Position numbers and translations under genes: made by a program. Source: a virus (Duplodnaviria > Heunggongvirae > Uroviricota > Caudoviricetes). Taken from it: a stretch of 64,000 bases of DNA. The notes below the pieces were generated by a model. The model saw only the letters and a program-made list of their open reading frames with translations, ran no database searches and had not been told where the DNA came from. Positions 8,480 to 17,875 of this stretch are shown here, piece by piece. The stretch is from IMG/VR virus record IMGVR_UViG_3300010369_000001. One strand, 5' to 3'. Each line of letters begins with the position of its first letter. The first letter of the stretch is position 1.

Positions 8480-9449
8480 CTAAATCAGGTCTAAAAGCTA
8501 CAATCCTGCCGAAACGAGGCTTATCTTTAATTCCGCCGTCCTGAAAGACAATATCAACGTGCCTCCCTAAATATTTCTTACGATTCTTCCACGTAATTTC
8601 AGTGCGAATGTCATAAGCTTCTTTAGCAAAACCTACGCCGCACTTTAATCCCTCTGGAAAACCCTGCTCAGCAATAATCTCCACAAAAACTGTCCCAACC
8701 TCATCAACTAGCTCGCGGTCAGCTTTCTTGTGCCCTCGCTTAGTCCGGCCAAGATTATCCTTAGTTGTATTAGTTTTCTTAGCTTCCTCAGTAAGAATCC
8801 CCTTCTGACCAAAATCTACAATCTTTGCAGAAATAGTAGTCCACTGCTTCATTTTCCAAAAGATGTTCTGTTTCGCTGTCGCGCGAGAATGAATATACGG
8901 CGATTTAGGGCAATGAAGCATAATCCCCTCCATGCCGCCTTTAACATTAAAGTCAAATTCGTTTTGCACAGCTTTCTCATTGTGACAAACAGTGTGATGA
9001 ACTGGAACTAATTTAACTTGATTTGGATCGTTTTTATCGCACCATTCCTGATAATCAACGACTCGTTCTTCAAAAGCTTTCGCCCCTTCTTTGTTTTTCC
9101 ATGTTATATTTTTCTTCCATTCAGCTACAGTCACCATATCAAAGACATACAGCTTCAGGTCTCCTACGTCTTCTTCGTGAGCCATAGCAGCAGTTATTTC
9201 ATGGAACTTCATCCCTTCAGCACATATCTCGCCATCAAGTATTACACCTGAGCTAGTAGCTAGCTCAACAATATCTTTAAACCGTTTAGTAACGACTGGA
9301 TGCAAAGGCTCCATTTTTTTAGATAGAAATTTTCCATCTACTATAAGAAATCGAACCCCATCAAACTTTGTACTCGTTAGGACGGGGTAGTTTATTTTTG
9401 AAAGTACAGGCTTATCATTTGCCGCCTGCATTGGTTTTAACATCGGCAT
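8457..9449 (-). CDS. ATP-dependent DNA ligase (T7-like)
   Basis: Motif I KFDGVR (KxDG), motif III ILDGEI, YVFDMV, EGIMLH and FWKMK correspond to T7 ligase KLDGIR, YDMV, EGLIVK and WWKMK. The track start at 9461 is TTG; the ATG at 9447-9449 is preceded by GGAGA. Confidence 0.75.
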   Translation of the reverse strand: MPMLKPMQAANDKPVLSKINYPVLTSTKFDGVRFLIVDGKFLSKKMEPLHPVVTKRFKDIVELATSSGVILDGEICAEGMKFHEITAAMAHEEDVGDLKLYVFDMVTVAEWKKNITWKNKEGAKAFEERVVDYQEWCDKNDPNQVKLVPVHHTVCHNEKAVQNEFDFNVKGGMEGIMLHCPKSPYIHSRATAKQNIFWKMKQWTTISAKIVDFGQKGILTEEAKKTNTTKDNLGRTKRGHKKADRELVDEVGTVFVEIIAEQGFPEGLKCGVGFAKEAYDIRTEITWKNRKKYLGRHVDIVFQDGGIKDKPRFGRIVAFRPDLDEPIIPA

Positions 9450-9745
9450 ATTGTTCTCCAATCATATGATAACTTATCTTCTTTTGTAAAACGTCCAAAC
9501 GTATATTCAGGGTAATCTGTTGATATAAATTTATTACTGCAGCGCTTCTTTTTTGGGTATTTAACTAAACAAACAAGCTTTAAAGCGCTGGTAAGACCGA
9601 TTAATACTTCTACCCCGCTTTTTCTTATGCGCCCAGAAACAAGTCCGTTATGTACTGCGTTATCATGCGCTGTTCTGAAACCGAAACGAACACCGTTATC
9701 TGGTAATTTAGCTAATGGCGTCGGAATTAAAGGCATCCACTTCAT
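9437..9745 (-). CDS. hypothetical protein
   Basis: 102-aa ORF. Confidence 0.4.
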   Translation of the reverse strand: MKWMPLIPTPLAKLPDNGVRFGFRTAHDNAVHNGLVSGRIRKSGVEVLIGLTSALKLVCLVKYPKKKRCSNKFISTDYPEYTFGRFTKEDKLSYDWRTICRC

Positions 9746-9747
9746 TT

Positions 9748-10008
9748 TTACTCTACTGATCTGTTAAAGTTGTTCCACGCGTCTACTACAAATTCACGAT
9801 TATTATGGGCAAAAGAAGTATGATGATAGTCTCCATTATCTAAGCGCCCTCCACAACTTACCTGAACATAAGTTCCATCAGCTGATCCAGATAATGAAGT
9901 TTCTTTTTTGCAATACTTACAGGGGTTCAAAATACCTAGTAAACCTACCGGGTGCTCTGGTTTTTTTAGTGTATCAGATTCGCGGTCTTTCGTTGCTGTT
10001 TTATCCAT
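9748..10008 (-). CDS. hypothetical Cys-containing protein
   Basis: CKYCKK...C; 86 aa. Confidence 0.4.
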   Translation of the reverse strand: MDKTATKDRESDTLKKPEHPVGLLGILNPCKYCKKETSLSGSADGTYVQVSCGGRLDNGDYHHTSFAHNNREFVVDAWNNFNRSVE

Positions 10009-10613
10009 TCTCGGTGACTATCCTCTAGCTTGAGCCAACCACTGCCGTAAACTTGCATTTTAAGCAAGTCATACATCTTATAAAGTGGTATCAATTTTTC
10101 TGGGTCTTTAGTAAACATCGGCCACGCCTGTAGCCCATTACGAATCTTTGGCCAATGAACTAGCTCAATTGCTGCAGCAGCTGCCACTTCGGGAGGTATA
10201 TTCTCTTCCCCACCTAACATTACAGCTGTACAATAAGCTGCTAGGGGCTCACTAGGGCGCCGTAACATTTTATCAACTGGAGCATTAGCAAAATCATAAA
10301 TTAGCTTAGCTGCGATAATGCACTTTGTACGAGCTTGCTCTTCTTCAATCTCCATGTAGTGACAATAACAATCCTCAGCTGCCCGCCCTGTAAGGTGACT
10401 GAACTTAATAGGGCCTGGAATTGACAATTTGTGCTTTTGCTCAACAAGAAACTGCGCCCTTATAAAATACTCAACGGTAGGGCAATTTGATTCTTCAGTA
10501 TACTGCGCAAATCGTTTTATGTCCTTTTTACTCAACCATTTACCGAGCTTTCGACCATGCCATTGACATTCCTGTTTCCAGGTCTCTTCAATTACTTCTT
10601 CAACATTTATCAT
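9966..10613 (-). CDS. hypothetical protein
   Basis: 215-aa ORF. Confidence 0.5.
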   Translation of the reverse strand: MINVEEVIEETWKQECQWHGRKLGKWLSKKDIKRFAQYTEESNCPTVEYFIRAQFLVEQKHKLSIPGPIKFSHLTGRAAEDCYCHYMEIEEEQARTKCIIAAKLIYDFANAPVDKMLRRPSEPLAAYCTAVMLGGEENIPPEVAAAAAIELVHWPKIRNGLQAWPMFTKDPEKLIPLYKMYDLLKMQVYGSGWLKLEDSHREWIKQQRKTANLIH

Positions 10614-10624
10614 CTCAATTCCTT

Positions 10625-11155
10625 TCAGTCTGAGTAGCGTGTTAAATAATTATGTTTCCACATAGTCAAAAATAAATCATAAGGTCGCTGTACTGCAACT
10701 TTACTAGTACCGTAATTGTCTATTGTCATACGACCAACAACTCGATCTGATTTAAATTTAACTTTGCTCTTAGCAAAAGCTAAGCCCCTATAGGAACCAA
10801 CACCGTCATCAAAAATAACAATATCTTCCGAGAACTCAGCTAAATGCTTGAGCACTTGCTGTATCGGCAAACTATGAAATTTTTCCCAAGTAAGCACCTT
10901 GTTATAAGCCAACACTATTGAATAGTCACACGACCACTCCGCCTCAGAAAAGCTGAGCAACTTATCACTGTCTCGGCGCGATTTAATCACTTCTTTCGGG
11001 TAAGACATGGCCGAATAATACTGCTCGCAAATCAAACTTTCAAACGTTTTTTCCTGCCGTTCTTTATATTCTTCTGGATTATCACCATGAACAACGCTTT
11101 GAAAAAAGGCATTTGGTGTATATATTTTTGGATCACTCTTCTGTTTCCTGCCCAT
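10625..11155 (-). CDS. hypothetical protein
   Basis: 176-aa ORF. Confidence 0.5.
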   Translation of the reverse strand: MGRKQKSDPKIYTPNAFFQSVVHGDNPEEYKERQEKTFESLICEQYYSAMSYPKEVIKSRRDSDKLLSFSEAEWSCDYSIVLAYNKVLTWEKFHSLPIQQVLKHLAEFSEDIVIFDDGVGSYRGLAFAKSKVKFKSDRVVGRMTIDNYGTSKVAVQRPYDLFLTMWKHNYLTRYSD

Positions 11156-12125
11156 TTATTTTTCCTCCGTCGATTAGCAACCTGTAAGCTGAGTCTAAAT
11201 TCTTACTGTTTGCAAAAGTGCTCGGATAGTTCAAAATCTCAAATTGAATCATCAACTTCTTCCAAATACTGTACGACAATTTTAGCTCACGTAATTCTTC
11301 AACCGTATATTTTGTATCTTTATAAATGTAATGCCAGTTTATTAAGGGCAAATCTACATCTATATCTGAAGCCAACAAATTTAAAGCTTTTTCAAAAGTT
11401 CTGCGATTATCTTTATCTCTAGCACTGTTTAAAGAAGGGCAGCAATTTAATAAAGTTTCTACGCCAAGCTTATTTCTAGCAACTTTATCCTCATTTGCGC
11501 GCAACCCATAATGAGAGACCATTTTTTTACCAATAGCATAAGCATTTACGTTTTGAGCACTTAGCTTAAATAGATCAGTAAAATACGGCAGAATAATGGA
11601 CAATTCTTTGAGATGTTTTAGTAATCCTGGCTGAATATGAACTTCAAAACAGCCATCGCCACTTATAATTTCCTTTTTTGTAACTTTCCCGTCTCTATCT
11701 CGAATATCAACGCTTACCACTAATCCAAACCACTCAGTGGACTCGCCCTGAGCTAAATGTATATAACCTAGCCGTTGTATGTCTTCTCGAATAACATCGT
11801 AATATTTGTGTCTGTTTTGCCGAGTATCTTTCAAGCCCATGACCACTAAATAGTCAGAAAGAGTGAATCTTATATCGGAATTTTTCCAATCGCCTCGATC
11901 ACCATTGTACTTGGTTACGAGAAGAAGGAGATAATCAAATAACTTCTTAGCGGACAAGCCAACTGTTAAAGCTGCCTCGGAAATATTACTGACAGCAATT
12001 TTTTTCCCACCATAGATAAGAGTTAGCTGCTCTCCCACCTTAGTGGGTAAGCTATCCAACGCTGATACTGCCTGAACAGCAGAGGTAGAAGCGATGGGGT
12101 AACAATCTCTTAAATTTTCTTTCAT
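11133..12125 (-). CDS. hypothetical protein; candidate origin-binding/replication initiator (by position only)
   Basis: 330-aa ORF immediately downstream (in its own orientation) of five 21-bp-spaced iterons and beside the DnaB-like helicase. No sequence motif supports the function. Confidence 0.5.
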   Translation of the reverse strand: MKENLRDCYPIASTSAVQAVSALDSLPTKVGEQLTLIYGGKKIAVSNISEAALTVGLSAKKLFDYLLLLVTKYNGDRGDWKNSDIRFTLSDYLVVMGLKDTRQNRHKYYDVIREDIQRLGYIHLAQGESTEWFGLVVSVDIRDRDGKVTKKEIISGDGCFEVHIQPGLLKHLKELSIILPYFTDLFKLSAQNVNAYAIGKKMVSHYGLRANEDKVARNKLGVETLLNCCPSLNSARDKDNRRTFEKALNLLASDIDVDLPLINWHYIYKDTKYTVEELRELKLSYSIWKKLMIQFEILNYPSTFANSKNLDSAYRLLIDGGKINGQETEE

Positions 12126-12158
12126 TTTGTTAAAATAGGTAAATTAATTCTTAAAAAT

Positions 12159-12264
12159 GTCCACAAGCTCTCGCCGGCCTTTTTGTCCACAAGCTCTCCC
12201 TAGATGTCCACAAGCTCTCGCCTCGCGTCCACAAGCTCTCGCCTCGCGTCCACAAGCTCTCGCC
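12159..12264. repeat. iteron array: five direct repeats of GTCCACAAGCTCTCGCC (one variant) at 21-bp spacing; candidate replication origin
   Basis: Repeat starts are at 12159, 12185, 12206, 12227 and 12248, in the 300-bp intergenic region between the DnaB-like helicase and ORF 11133..12125. Confidence 0.7.
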
Positions 12265-12320
12265 AGCCCTTTTTGTAAGTCCTTACTGTGTAAAGGTTTG
12301 CGAGCAACTCGAAATTTTCA

Positions 12321-12358
12321 TACTATAAGGTTAATACTATAAGGTTAAACTATAAAGT
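12321..12358. repeat. AT-rich 14-bp tandem repeat TACTATAAGGTTAA x2 plus a partial third copy; possible DNA-unwinding element next to the iterons
   Basis: Copies at 12321-12334 and 12335-12348, with a partial copy at 12349-12358. Confidence 0.55.
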
Positions 12359-12425
12359 CAAAACGGTAAATCTAATAGAAATTTTTCGCCGGCGCTTCGC
12401 GCCAGCTCAAATTTCTAACTGAATT

Positions 12426-13982
12426 TTAATTATCAGAACTCCGCATTTCTGAGACATGGGTTCTTTTCCCTTTTGCTGTTGTAGAATCCTTTTCCTTTTT
12501 CTGCCAACTTTTCTGCGGCACCTCAATCACCGCCCCCTTTACCTCAATCATGGTTCCAATGTCCCCGATCAACCTTAACCCCGTTGGAGCTATCTTCTTG
12601 TTTTCTCTGGCCTTGGTACAGGTTATCGTGCTTGTCATGTCTTCCTCCTTCAGCATACTGACATTGAAGCACGCTACATAATGCATAGCTAAGCTCTTAC
12701 TGCCCATTCCATCTGTGTGATCTAGTGTCTGCCCAGCTTTTTTCTTATTTCCCTCACCATTGGCCTGATTAACCACCCACACAGGGCAATCAAACTTATA
12801 GGCGATACTGTCCCTTATTCGCCAAGGAATACTTTGAACCGCCATCCAAAGATTTAGCTTTTTATCGTTAGAAAGCATGTCAAAAGCTAAGTCCGCAGTG
12901 TGGTCAACAACAGCTAAAGCACAATGAGATTTAATTCCCCTTTGCTTATCTGCATCCAAGGCACGCTGAATCATCATCACGATAACATCTATAGGGTCAG
13001 AAGCCGCGCTTCTTATTTCTGGTTTTGTAAGGTCGATAATGCGCAAATTCTTAGCTATTTCCTTCATTGCCATTGCTTCACGCTCAACTTCACCAAAAAC
13101 ACCACTAAAATACGTTTTGCTGATTTCTAAGTCTCTAGCTGTAGGAGCTCTAGACGAAGTTTTAGGAGTTGGATCCTTTCCGCTGATTTTCGCCAGCGGA
13201 ACTTTACCTATATATGACACAAAACGATTAGTAACCTTGTCCATCCCATCTTCTGTCGTTATGTAGAAAACCTTCCCAAGGGAAGCTCTCCCTAAAGAAA
13301 TTCGATACCTGTTCATCTGCAATTCTGCCCATTCAGCTGCCACTTGAACACTACAACACGTTTTTGCGGCACCAGTGGGCCCCAAAAAGCTGTACATCTC
13401 ACGGTTGGCAAATCCCCCAACATATTTATCGATGAAGGAAATTCCAGTAGGCTGAAACTGAGCTAGAGCATTCCTAGCTGCCCTCATGCTCTCTGACATC
13501 GGATTGAAATCATCATCCGTAAACTGGGTTCCAGCTCTGGCTTTGTCCAAAGCGTTGGCATAATTCCTTAACACATCGCCTACTTCTTCTGTCGGAAGCT
13601 CAGGAAGGCCCAAAATCAGCTCCTGGTGAGCAAGTTGCGAAATTAAGGTCCCAGACCAGTAGGAAAGCTCAGCGGCCGTTAGAATCGAGCTATGAGCGTT
13701 TTGGACTAAATTGTACAATTCTATCCATTCTTCTTCATCTAGCTCAGGTGTCCCATTTTGCGCAGCTTGACTCAATCTTTCTTGGATAGACAGCAGAAGA
13801 TTGTGTTTTCCTGGGACGGTTTTCAGTTTCTGTACCGCGTCTGCTACGGTCTCGTAAAGGATGGCCAGGTCACGACGCCCCAGAAAGGCCGATGAAGTGA
13901 TCTGACCTGTAAATATTTGCCAATTCTCCAGTGAGGAGATCGCTGCTTGCAGCAGCATCGTTTTTCTCTCATTTGTTATCAT
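12426..13982 (-). CDS. DnaB-like replicative DNA helicase
   Basis: QPTGISFIDKYVGGFANREMYSFLGPTGAAKT resembles the DnaB helicase-domain entry (TGF..LD....G....L.......GKT) and carries a Walker A. VVDHTADL looks like a Walker B, and VVNQANGEG like helicase motif H3. Confidence 0.65.
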   Translation of the reverse strand: MITNERKTMLLQAAISSLENWQIFTGQITSSAFLGRRDLAILYETVADAVQKLKTVPGKHNLLLSIQERLSQAAQNGTPELDEEEWIELYNLVQNAHSSILTAAELSYWSGTLISQLAHQELILGLPELPTEEVGDVLRNYANALDKARAGTQFTDDDFNPMSESMRAARNALAQFQPTGISFIDKYVGGFANREMYSFLGPTGAAKTCCSVQVAAEWAELQMNRYRISLGRASLGKVFYITTEDGMDKVTNRFVSYIGKVPLAKISGKDPTPKTSSRAPTARDLEISKTYFSGVFGEVEREAMAMKEIAKNLRIIDLTKPEIRSAASDPIDVIVMMIQRALDADKQRGIKSHCALAVVDHTADLAFDMLSNDKKLNLWMAVQSIPWRIRDSIAYKFDCPVWVVNQANGEGNKKKAGQTLDHTDGMGSKSLAMHYVACFNVSMLKEEDMTSTITCTKARENKKIAPTGLRLIGDIGTMIEVKGAVIEVPQKSWQKKEKDSTTAKGKRTHVSEMRSSDN

Positions 13983-14423
13983 TTATTTAAAAGTGACTGC
14001 TGGCATCGCGTTAGCTGAATACCCGCCGTTTTTTGGGGGTTGCCAGGAGCGACAATTGCTGGAATTGACTATCGGTATTGTTTTAAGAGGCTCGAATTTT
14101 TGCTCAATAATATTTTTTTCTATATGGTACCTAAGCCAAGCAGCTTGCCAGTAGGTGATAGGTACTGCATAGTTATTAGTTGAGTCACTAATTGTTAAAC
14201 AAGCTTGCGTTATGGCAAAAGAACGAAACCACGCCATAAGCCCTGTTACAATTTCCAGACCAATTAATCCAGTCGTTATTTTTGAAACATAGAGTTTTTT
14301 AACGCCAATTTCACCGTTATTTTCCCATCTAATTTCACCGTTAATTGTCTGGGTTATGATGGCGTTAAATAGGTCAGTTACTGTTTTGCTCATCGTTATT
14401 CCGTGTTTGATGGGTAATATCAA
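13983..14423 (-). CDS. hypothetical protein
   Basis: 146-aa ORF. Confidence 0.45.
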   Translation of the reverse strand: MILPIKHGITMSKTVTDLFNAIITQTINGEIRWENNGEIGVKKLYVSKITTGLIGLEIVTGLMAWFRSFAITQACLTISDSTNNYAVPITYWQAAWLRYHIEKNIIEQKFEPLKTIPIVNSSNCRSWQPPKNGGYSANAMPAVTFK

Positions 14424-14661
14424 CGCAATCTTTATATGTCCAGCCGCGCACTGCTAGAAATGATTGTGCATCTCGACAGCATTTAAATACTGCATAAGGT
14501 ATTAAATCGGCATAGTCACTATCGGCTACCGGATCCGGAAGTTTTTCAACAATTCCGTAAAGTGGCCCTTCCACCTTTACAATAACTACGCCCTTATTAT
14601 CTGTGGCCTTTTGCTGAAAATCAGCTGAAAAATCAAAAGCTTCTTTTGTGTCAATAAACAT
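14374..14661 (-). CDS. hypothetical protein
   Basis: 95-aa ORF. Confidence 0.45.
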   Translation of the reverse strand: MFIDTKEAFDFSADFQQKATDNKGVVIVKVEGPLYGIVEKLPDPVADSDYADLIPYAVFKCCRDAQSFLAVRGWTYKDCVDITHQTRNNDEQNSN

Positions 14662-14680
14662 TTATTTTTGGTTTTGTTAA

Positions 14681-14710
14681 ATGAAAAAGGGGAGGCAAAA
14701 ATGCCTCCCC
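14681..14710 (-). terminator. rho-independent terminator (minus strand)
   Basis: GGGGAGGCA-TTTT-TGCCTCCCC hairpin (14689-14710) is followed on the minus strand by TTTTTCATTT, 20 nt after the stop of 14732..15466. Confidence 0.6.
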
Positions 14711-14731
14711 TTAAATAGTTCATACAGTTTT

Positions 14732-15466
14732 TTAGTCTTGCGGATCAAAGACCACATACATCCCAACAAGAAGGCCATCGGCAATACCTTGATCGATAAG
14801 TTGACTGACCAGCCCTTCTCGCGTTAATTGCTTGATTAAATCTTCTATGGAGATGCCGTTGTCATTGCAGTAAGCATTAATTACCGGATTCTCACGTAAG
14901 GACTTTTCTAAGAAGTCTGTAAATGATGTAACTCGTGTAACACCAACATCATCCGTCTTTTTACATGTACGAACATCGGTGCAGCTTCGTTGTCTTACTA
15001 AACGCTTAAGCTCCTGTTTAAAAACCCTTTTATTTTCTGTTGTTGTAGCTGCAACTGCTTTCACAGGTGCTTTAGCTCGAGTTATTGAAGAGCCTTTTAT
15101 AGGTATATTATTTGGTTTAGCTGATTTCTTGACCGCAGCTCCTCCAGCTGGCGCAATCATATTCGCAATTTGTTTAGCGGTAATATGGCGTTTAAAAACT
15201 CTATAGACGTTCTTAATTACGTTGGAATCGCAATAAACTACAGCTGGGCAGGTCGTATCTTCACGATCAAGTCCCTTAAGTTTCCGTACGTAAGCTTTCA
15301 CTGCCCGATCTACAACAGCTGCCGGAAAGCATTCACGGCCCCATTTAAGAGCTTGCTGAACTTGCCTTACATGCCAGTTCATCATTAGTGAAATTTCCGT
15401 TGTGTCGTGACCTCCCAAATAGAGTTCCCATGCTTGAGTGAACTTTTCTAATCTTTCGTTTGTCAT
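14732..15466 (-). CDS. hypothetical protein, possible DNA-binding protein (N-terminal HTH-like segment, basic central region)
   Basis: DTTEISLMMNWHVRQVQQAL is helix-turn-helix-like; the middle of the protein is K/R/A-rich. Confidence 0.45.
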   Translation of the reverse strand: MTNERLEKFTQAWELYLGGHDTTEISLMMNWHVRQVQQALKWGRECFPAAVVDRAVKAYVRKLKGLDREDTTCPAVVYCDSNVIKNVYRVFKRHITAKQIANMIAPAGGAAVKKSAKPNNIPIKGSSITRAKAPVKAVAATTTENKRVFKQELKRLVRQRSCTDVRTCKKTDDVGVTRVTSFTDFLEKSLRENPVINAYCNDNGISIEDLIKQLTREGLVSQLIDQGIADGLLVGMYVVFDPQD

Positions 15467-15569
15467 AATAATTTTTGTATTGTAAAGGTGTTATAAGGGT
15501 TTTTACGGGGACACAATCCCCGCTATTAACGTTACATAATATGTTAAAAGACGCTAAGCGTCAAGATGC

Positions 15570-17288
15570 TTACGGATTCCAAGTTACGCCATCAACTTTT
15601 GTCATAAAGTCATTGACGTCTTGAGTGTTACCTGCAGCATCCAGATACGGGAAGCCGTTGATGTCAACAGCTGTCACATTATCTTCAGCTACGTAAACAT
15701 CCGAAGTCGAAGCTGGCATACGGCCAGGCGTCTCCGGCGGAACATTAACCATATCAGCAACAACTGGCGGCATTGCGTACTGCATAGGCATCTGCGGCGG
15801 AGCAACAGCCTGCATATTAGGGGCTTGCGGCTGTTGCTGGTGAGTTGCGTTTGGAATTTGTGCCAGTTGCACCATCTGCGTTGGAGGCGACGGGTGTTGC
15901 ACCATCTGCATAGGTTGACCAGGATGTGTTGTAGGAAGCACGTACGGCTGTTGCTGAACTTGCTGCTGCATCTGCGGCGGTTGAGGAGTTTGCTGCACCT
16001 GAACTGGCTGCTGAACTTGCACCGACACCGGCTCTCCCTCAAAAATCGACGTATCATAAATGAACGCCTGTGGAACGGAACCAAAAATACTAGCAATTTC
16101 CGGGTCATTAAGATGCTGTTCAAAATCAGTACGAGCGTATGCGAGCTCAAAGATAGCTTTAGCGTCAGAAAATGCCATGGCTAGTTCTTTGATCATCGTG
16201 TGATCGTCCATATAGTTGATAGTATCTCCAACGTGCATCGGAATCTTCGCATAATAATCATTAGACGGCGTTCCTTGCTGAGTAAGCAAATTACGAGGCA
16301 GCTGGAATGGTTGCCCAGGAGGCCCGAGTTGCTGACCGTTGAAATTGTACAGCGCACCAGCTACAGTGCCGCTCATGCCGTCAATATCGGTGCTACTTTT
16401 CACCCCAGGAACAGGACAGGCCGCACCACGATGTTTCCAAGCGTAGAAAACAGCTAGCTGATCGGGATTAACCGGATTCGGATAAAACCAATCACCATTA
16501 GGGCCGCGAGTATTCATGGCTTTAGTGAGATCGTTCCATATTTGTTGCGAAACAGCTACTATGCTGATCTTCTCATCCGGCCCAAGACCCTTACCGAGTG
16601 TCTGCGGGTTGTAAAAACACTCCTGCATCGGAATTCTATTACGAGTGTCACGATTGTACTCTTCTTTAGAATTAAGAAGCATGATACTGGCCATTAGATA
16701 AAAACGTCGGAGATTCGGCAAATAATTTCCGCCGGTCTTGCCGCCAGCTGACTTTTCGCGGAAATTTAATAATCCAAACCATGGCGAACTTTGAGCAAAC
16801 TTCTTTTCCCGGTTCATACTAGTAACGAAGTTATACAAAGCCATATAGGGAGACGAAATAAAATCTTCACTTCCAGTTGTTACCTCACCGTACGGGCAAA
16901 AGGTAATTGCTTTTGTGAAATCGGTTCCAGCGCGACAGACAAGCGGTGTTGCGTAAGCCCATTCATCGAATTGACTCTCATCGCCATCATACCTAGCAGG
17001 CCCAAAAATGGACGGTTCTTGAGAAGAGAACATCGGAAGCGGGCACCATGCATGAACTGCGGATTTAGGGCCACCACCGCCGCCAATAATTACAGGCTCA
17101 TAATGAGACTGCGCATCCTGACTCATCCACTTGTTAGCTCGTGCACCAAAATCGACGGATTTTTGAGCTGGCGGAACATAACGTTTCATTTTTACTTGTG
17201 GTACATTAACGGATGTGGCTTGCGGACGTTGTACTACCTGTGCTGCTGGTTTCATAGTTTGATTTAAAGTTTTTACTTGTGTTGGCAT
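15570..17288 (-). CDS. hypothetical protein with Gly5 tract and Q/P-rich low-complexity linker
   Basis: 572 aa with GGGGGPKS and VQVQQPVQVQQTPQPPQMQQQVQQQ...; an AT-rich upstream region lies at 17289-17386. Confidence 0.55.
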   Translation of the reverse strand: MPTQVKTLNQTMKPAAQVVQRPQATSVNVPQVKMKRYVPPAQKSVDFGARANKWMSQDAQSHYEPVIIGGGGGPKSAVHAWCPLPMFSSQEPSIFGPARYDGDESQFDEWAYATPLVCRAGTDFTKAITFCPYGEVTTGSEDFISSPYMALYNFVTSMNREKKFAQSSPWFGLLNFREKSAGGKTGGNYLPNLRRFYLMASIMLLNSKEEYNRDTRNRIPMQECFYNPQTLGKGLGPDEKISIVAVSQQIWNDLTKAMNTRGPNGDWFYPNPVNPDQLAVFYAWKHRGAACPVPGVKSSTDIDGMSGTVAGALYNFNGQQLGPPGQPFQLPRNLLTQQGTPSNDYYAKIPMHVGDTINYMDDHTMIKELAMAFSDAKAIFELAYARTDFEQHLNDPEIASIFGSVPQAFIYDTSIFEGEPVSVQVQQPVQVQQTPQPPQMQQQVQQQPYVLPTTHPGQPMQMVQHPSPPTQMVQLAQIPNATHQQQPQAPNMQAVAPPQMPMQYAMPPVVADMVNVPPETPGRMPASTSDVYVAEDNVTAVDINGFPYLDAAGNTQDVNDFMTKVDGVTWNP

Positions 17289-17386
17289 ATTAATTTATTT
17301 GTTTAGTATTCTTCAATAATTAAGCTAATTTCACTGTCTATTTCCTAGGTTATTATAAAATCTTTAATAATTGCACTGCTCATACT

Positions 17387-17866
17387 CTAACTCGGTTTTG
17401 TAAAAATACCTATAAATGTGCGGCTATCTCGCGCTATTGTGCGGAGAAATTTTTGCTCTAGTTGTGCTATTTCATTTACTCTAGCTGAATGTTTTTTTAA
17501 CCACCATTGCATCGCTTCCTCATATTCTTCTTGATTGTAGAACATGAGCCCTGCAAAATGATTCTTCTCATCATAGCTAGGTAGCGGTAAGCGATCATTT
17601 ACTTGCACAACAACTTCATCGGTAAAAACACCTCTTGCTTGTTGACCATAATGGTATAATCGCCAGCAGTTATAGGTGTTCTCCATTTTTCTAGCGATAT
17701 ACTGATTAAGATCCCAGCCTAGCTCACTAAGCGGTTTATTGCGAAAACATTTATGGTTTTCATCTTTAGCTAGCTCGCCGACCATATGCTGCGTTGTAGG
17801 GTACAGCGAATATCGCTCACATGGAATTATAAAAATAAAATCTTCTCGTTTTGGTCTTTCATTCAT
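17387..17866 (-). CDS. hypothetical protein
   Basis: 159-aa ORF. Confidence 0.5.
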   Translation of the reverse strand: MNERPKREDFIFIIPCERYSLYPTTQHMVGELAKDENHKCFRNKPLSELGWDLNQYIARKMENTYNCWRLYHYGQQARGVFTDEVVVQVNDRLPLPSYDEKNHFAGLMFYNQEEYEEAMQWWLKKHSARVNEIAQLEQKFLRTIARDSRTFIGIFTKPS

Positions 17867-17875
17867 ATTAATCTT

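Noticed and set aside
8457-9461. RNA ligase (Rnl2-like) assignment for the ligase next to Thg1
   Set aside because: Motif I is KFDGVR (KxDG). The YVFDMV, EGIMLH and FWKMK blocks match T7-type ATP-dependent DNA ligase, not the KxHGxN of Rnl2. The TTG start of the track ORF was also replaced by the SD-preceded ATG at 9449.
12159-12264. CRISPR-like array
   Set aside because: The repeats are only 17 bp with 4-9-bp spacers at a fixed 21-bp period, and no cas genes are present. This is the geometry of plasmid or phage iterons, not CRISPR.
15621-16184. Plus-strand ORF (187 aa) and nested minus-strand ORF 15689..16150 inside gene 15570..17288
   Set aside because: Both are Arg/Leu/Cys/Ser-rich alternative frames of the CAG/CTG-rich Q/P-coding DNA. 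They are embedded entirely inside a longer ORF and are typical repeat-induced artefacts.
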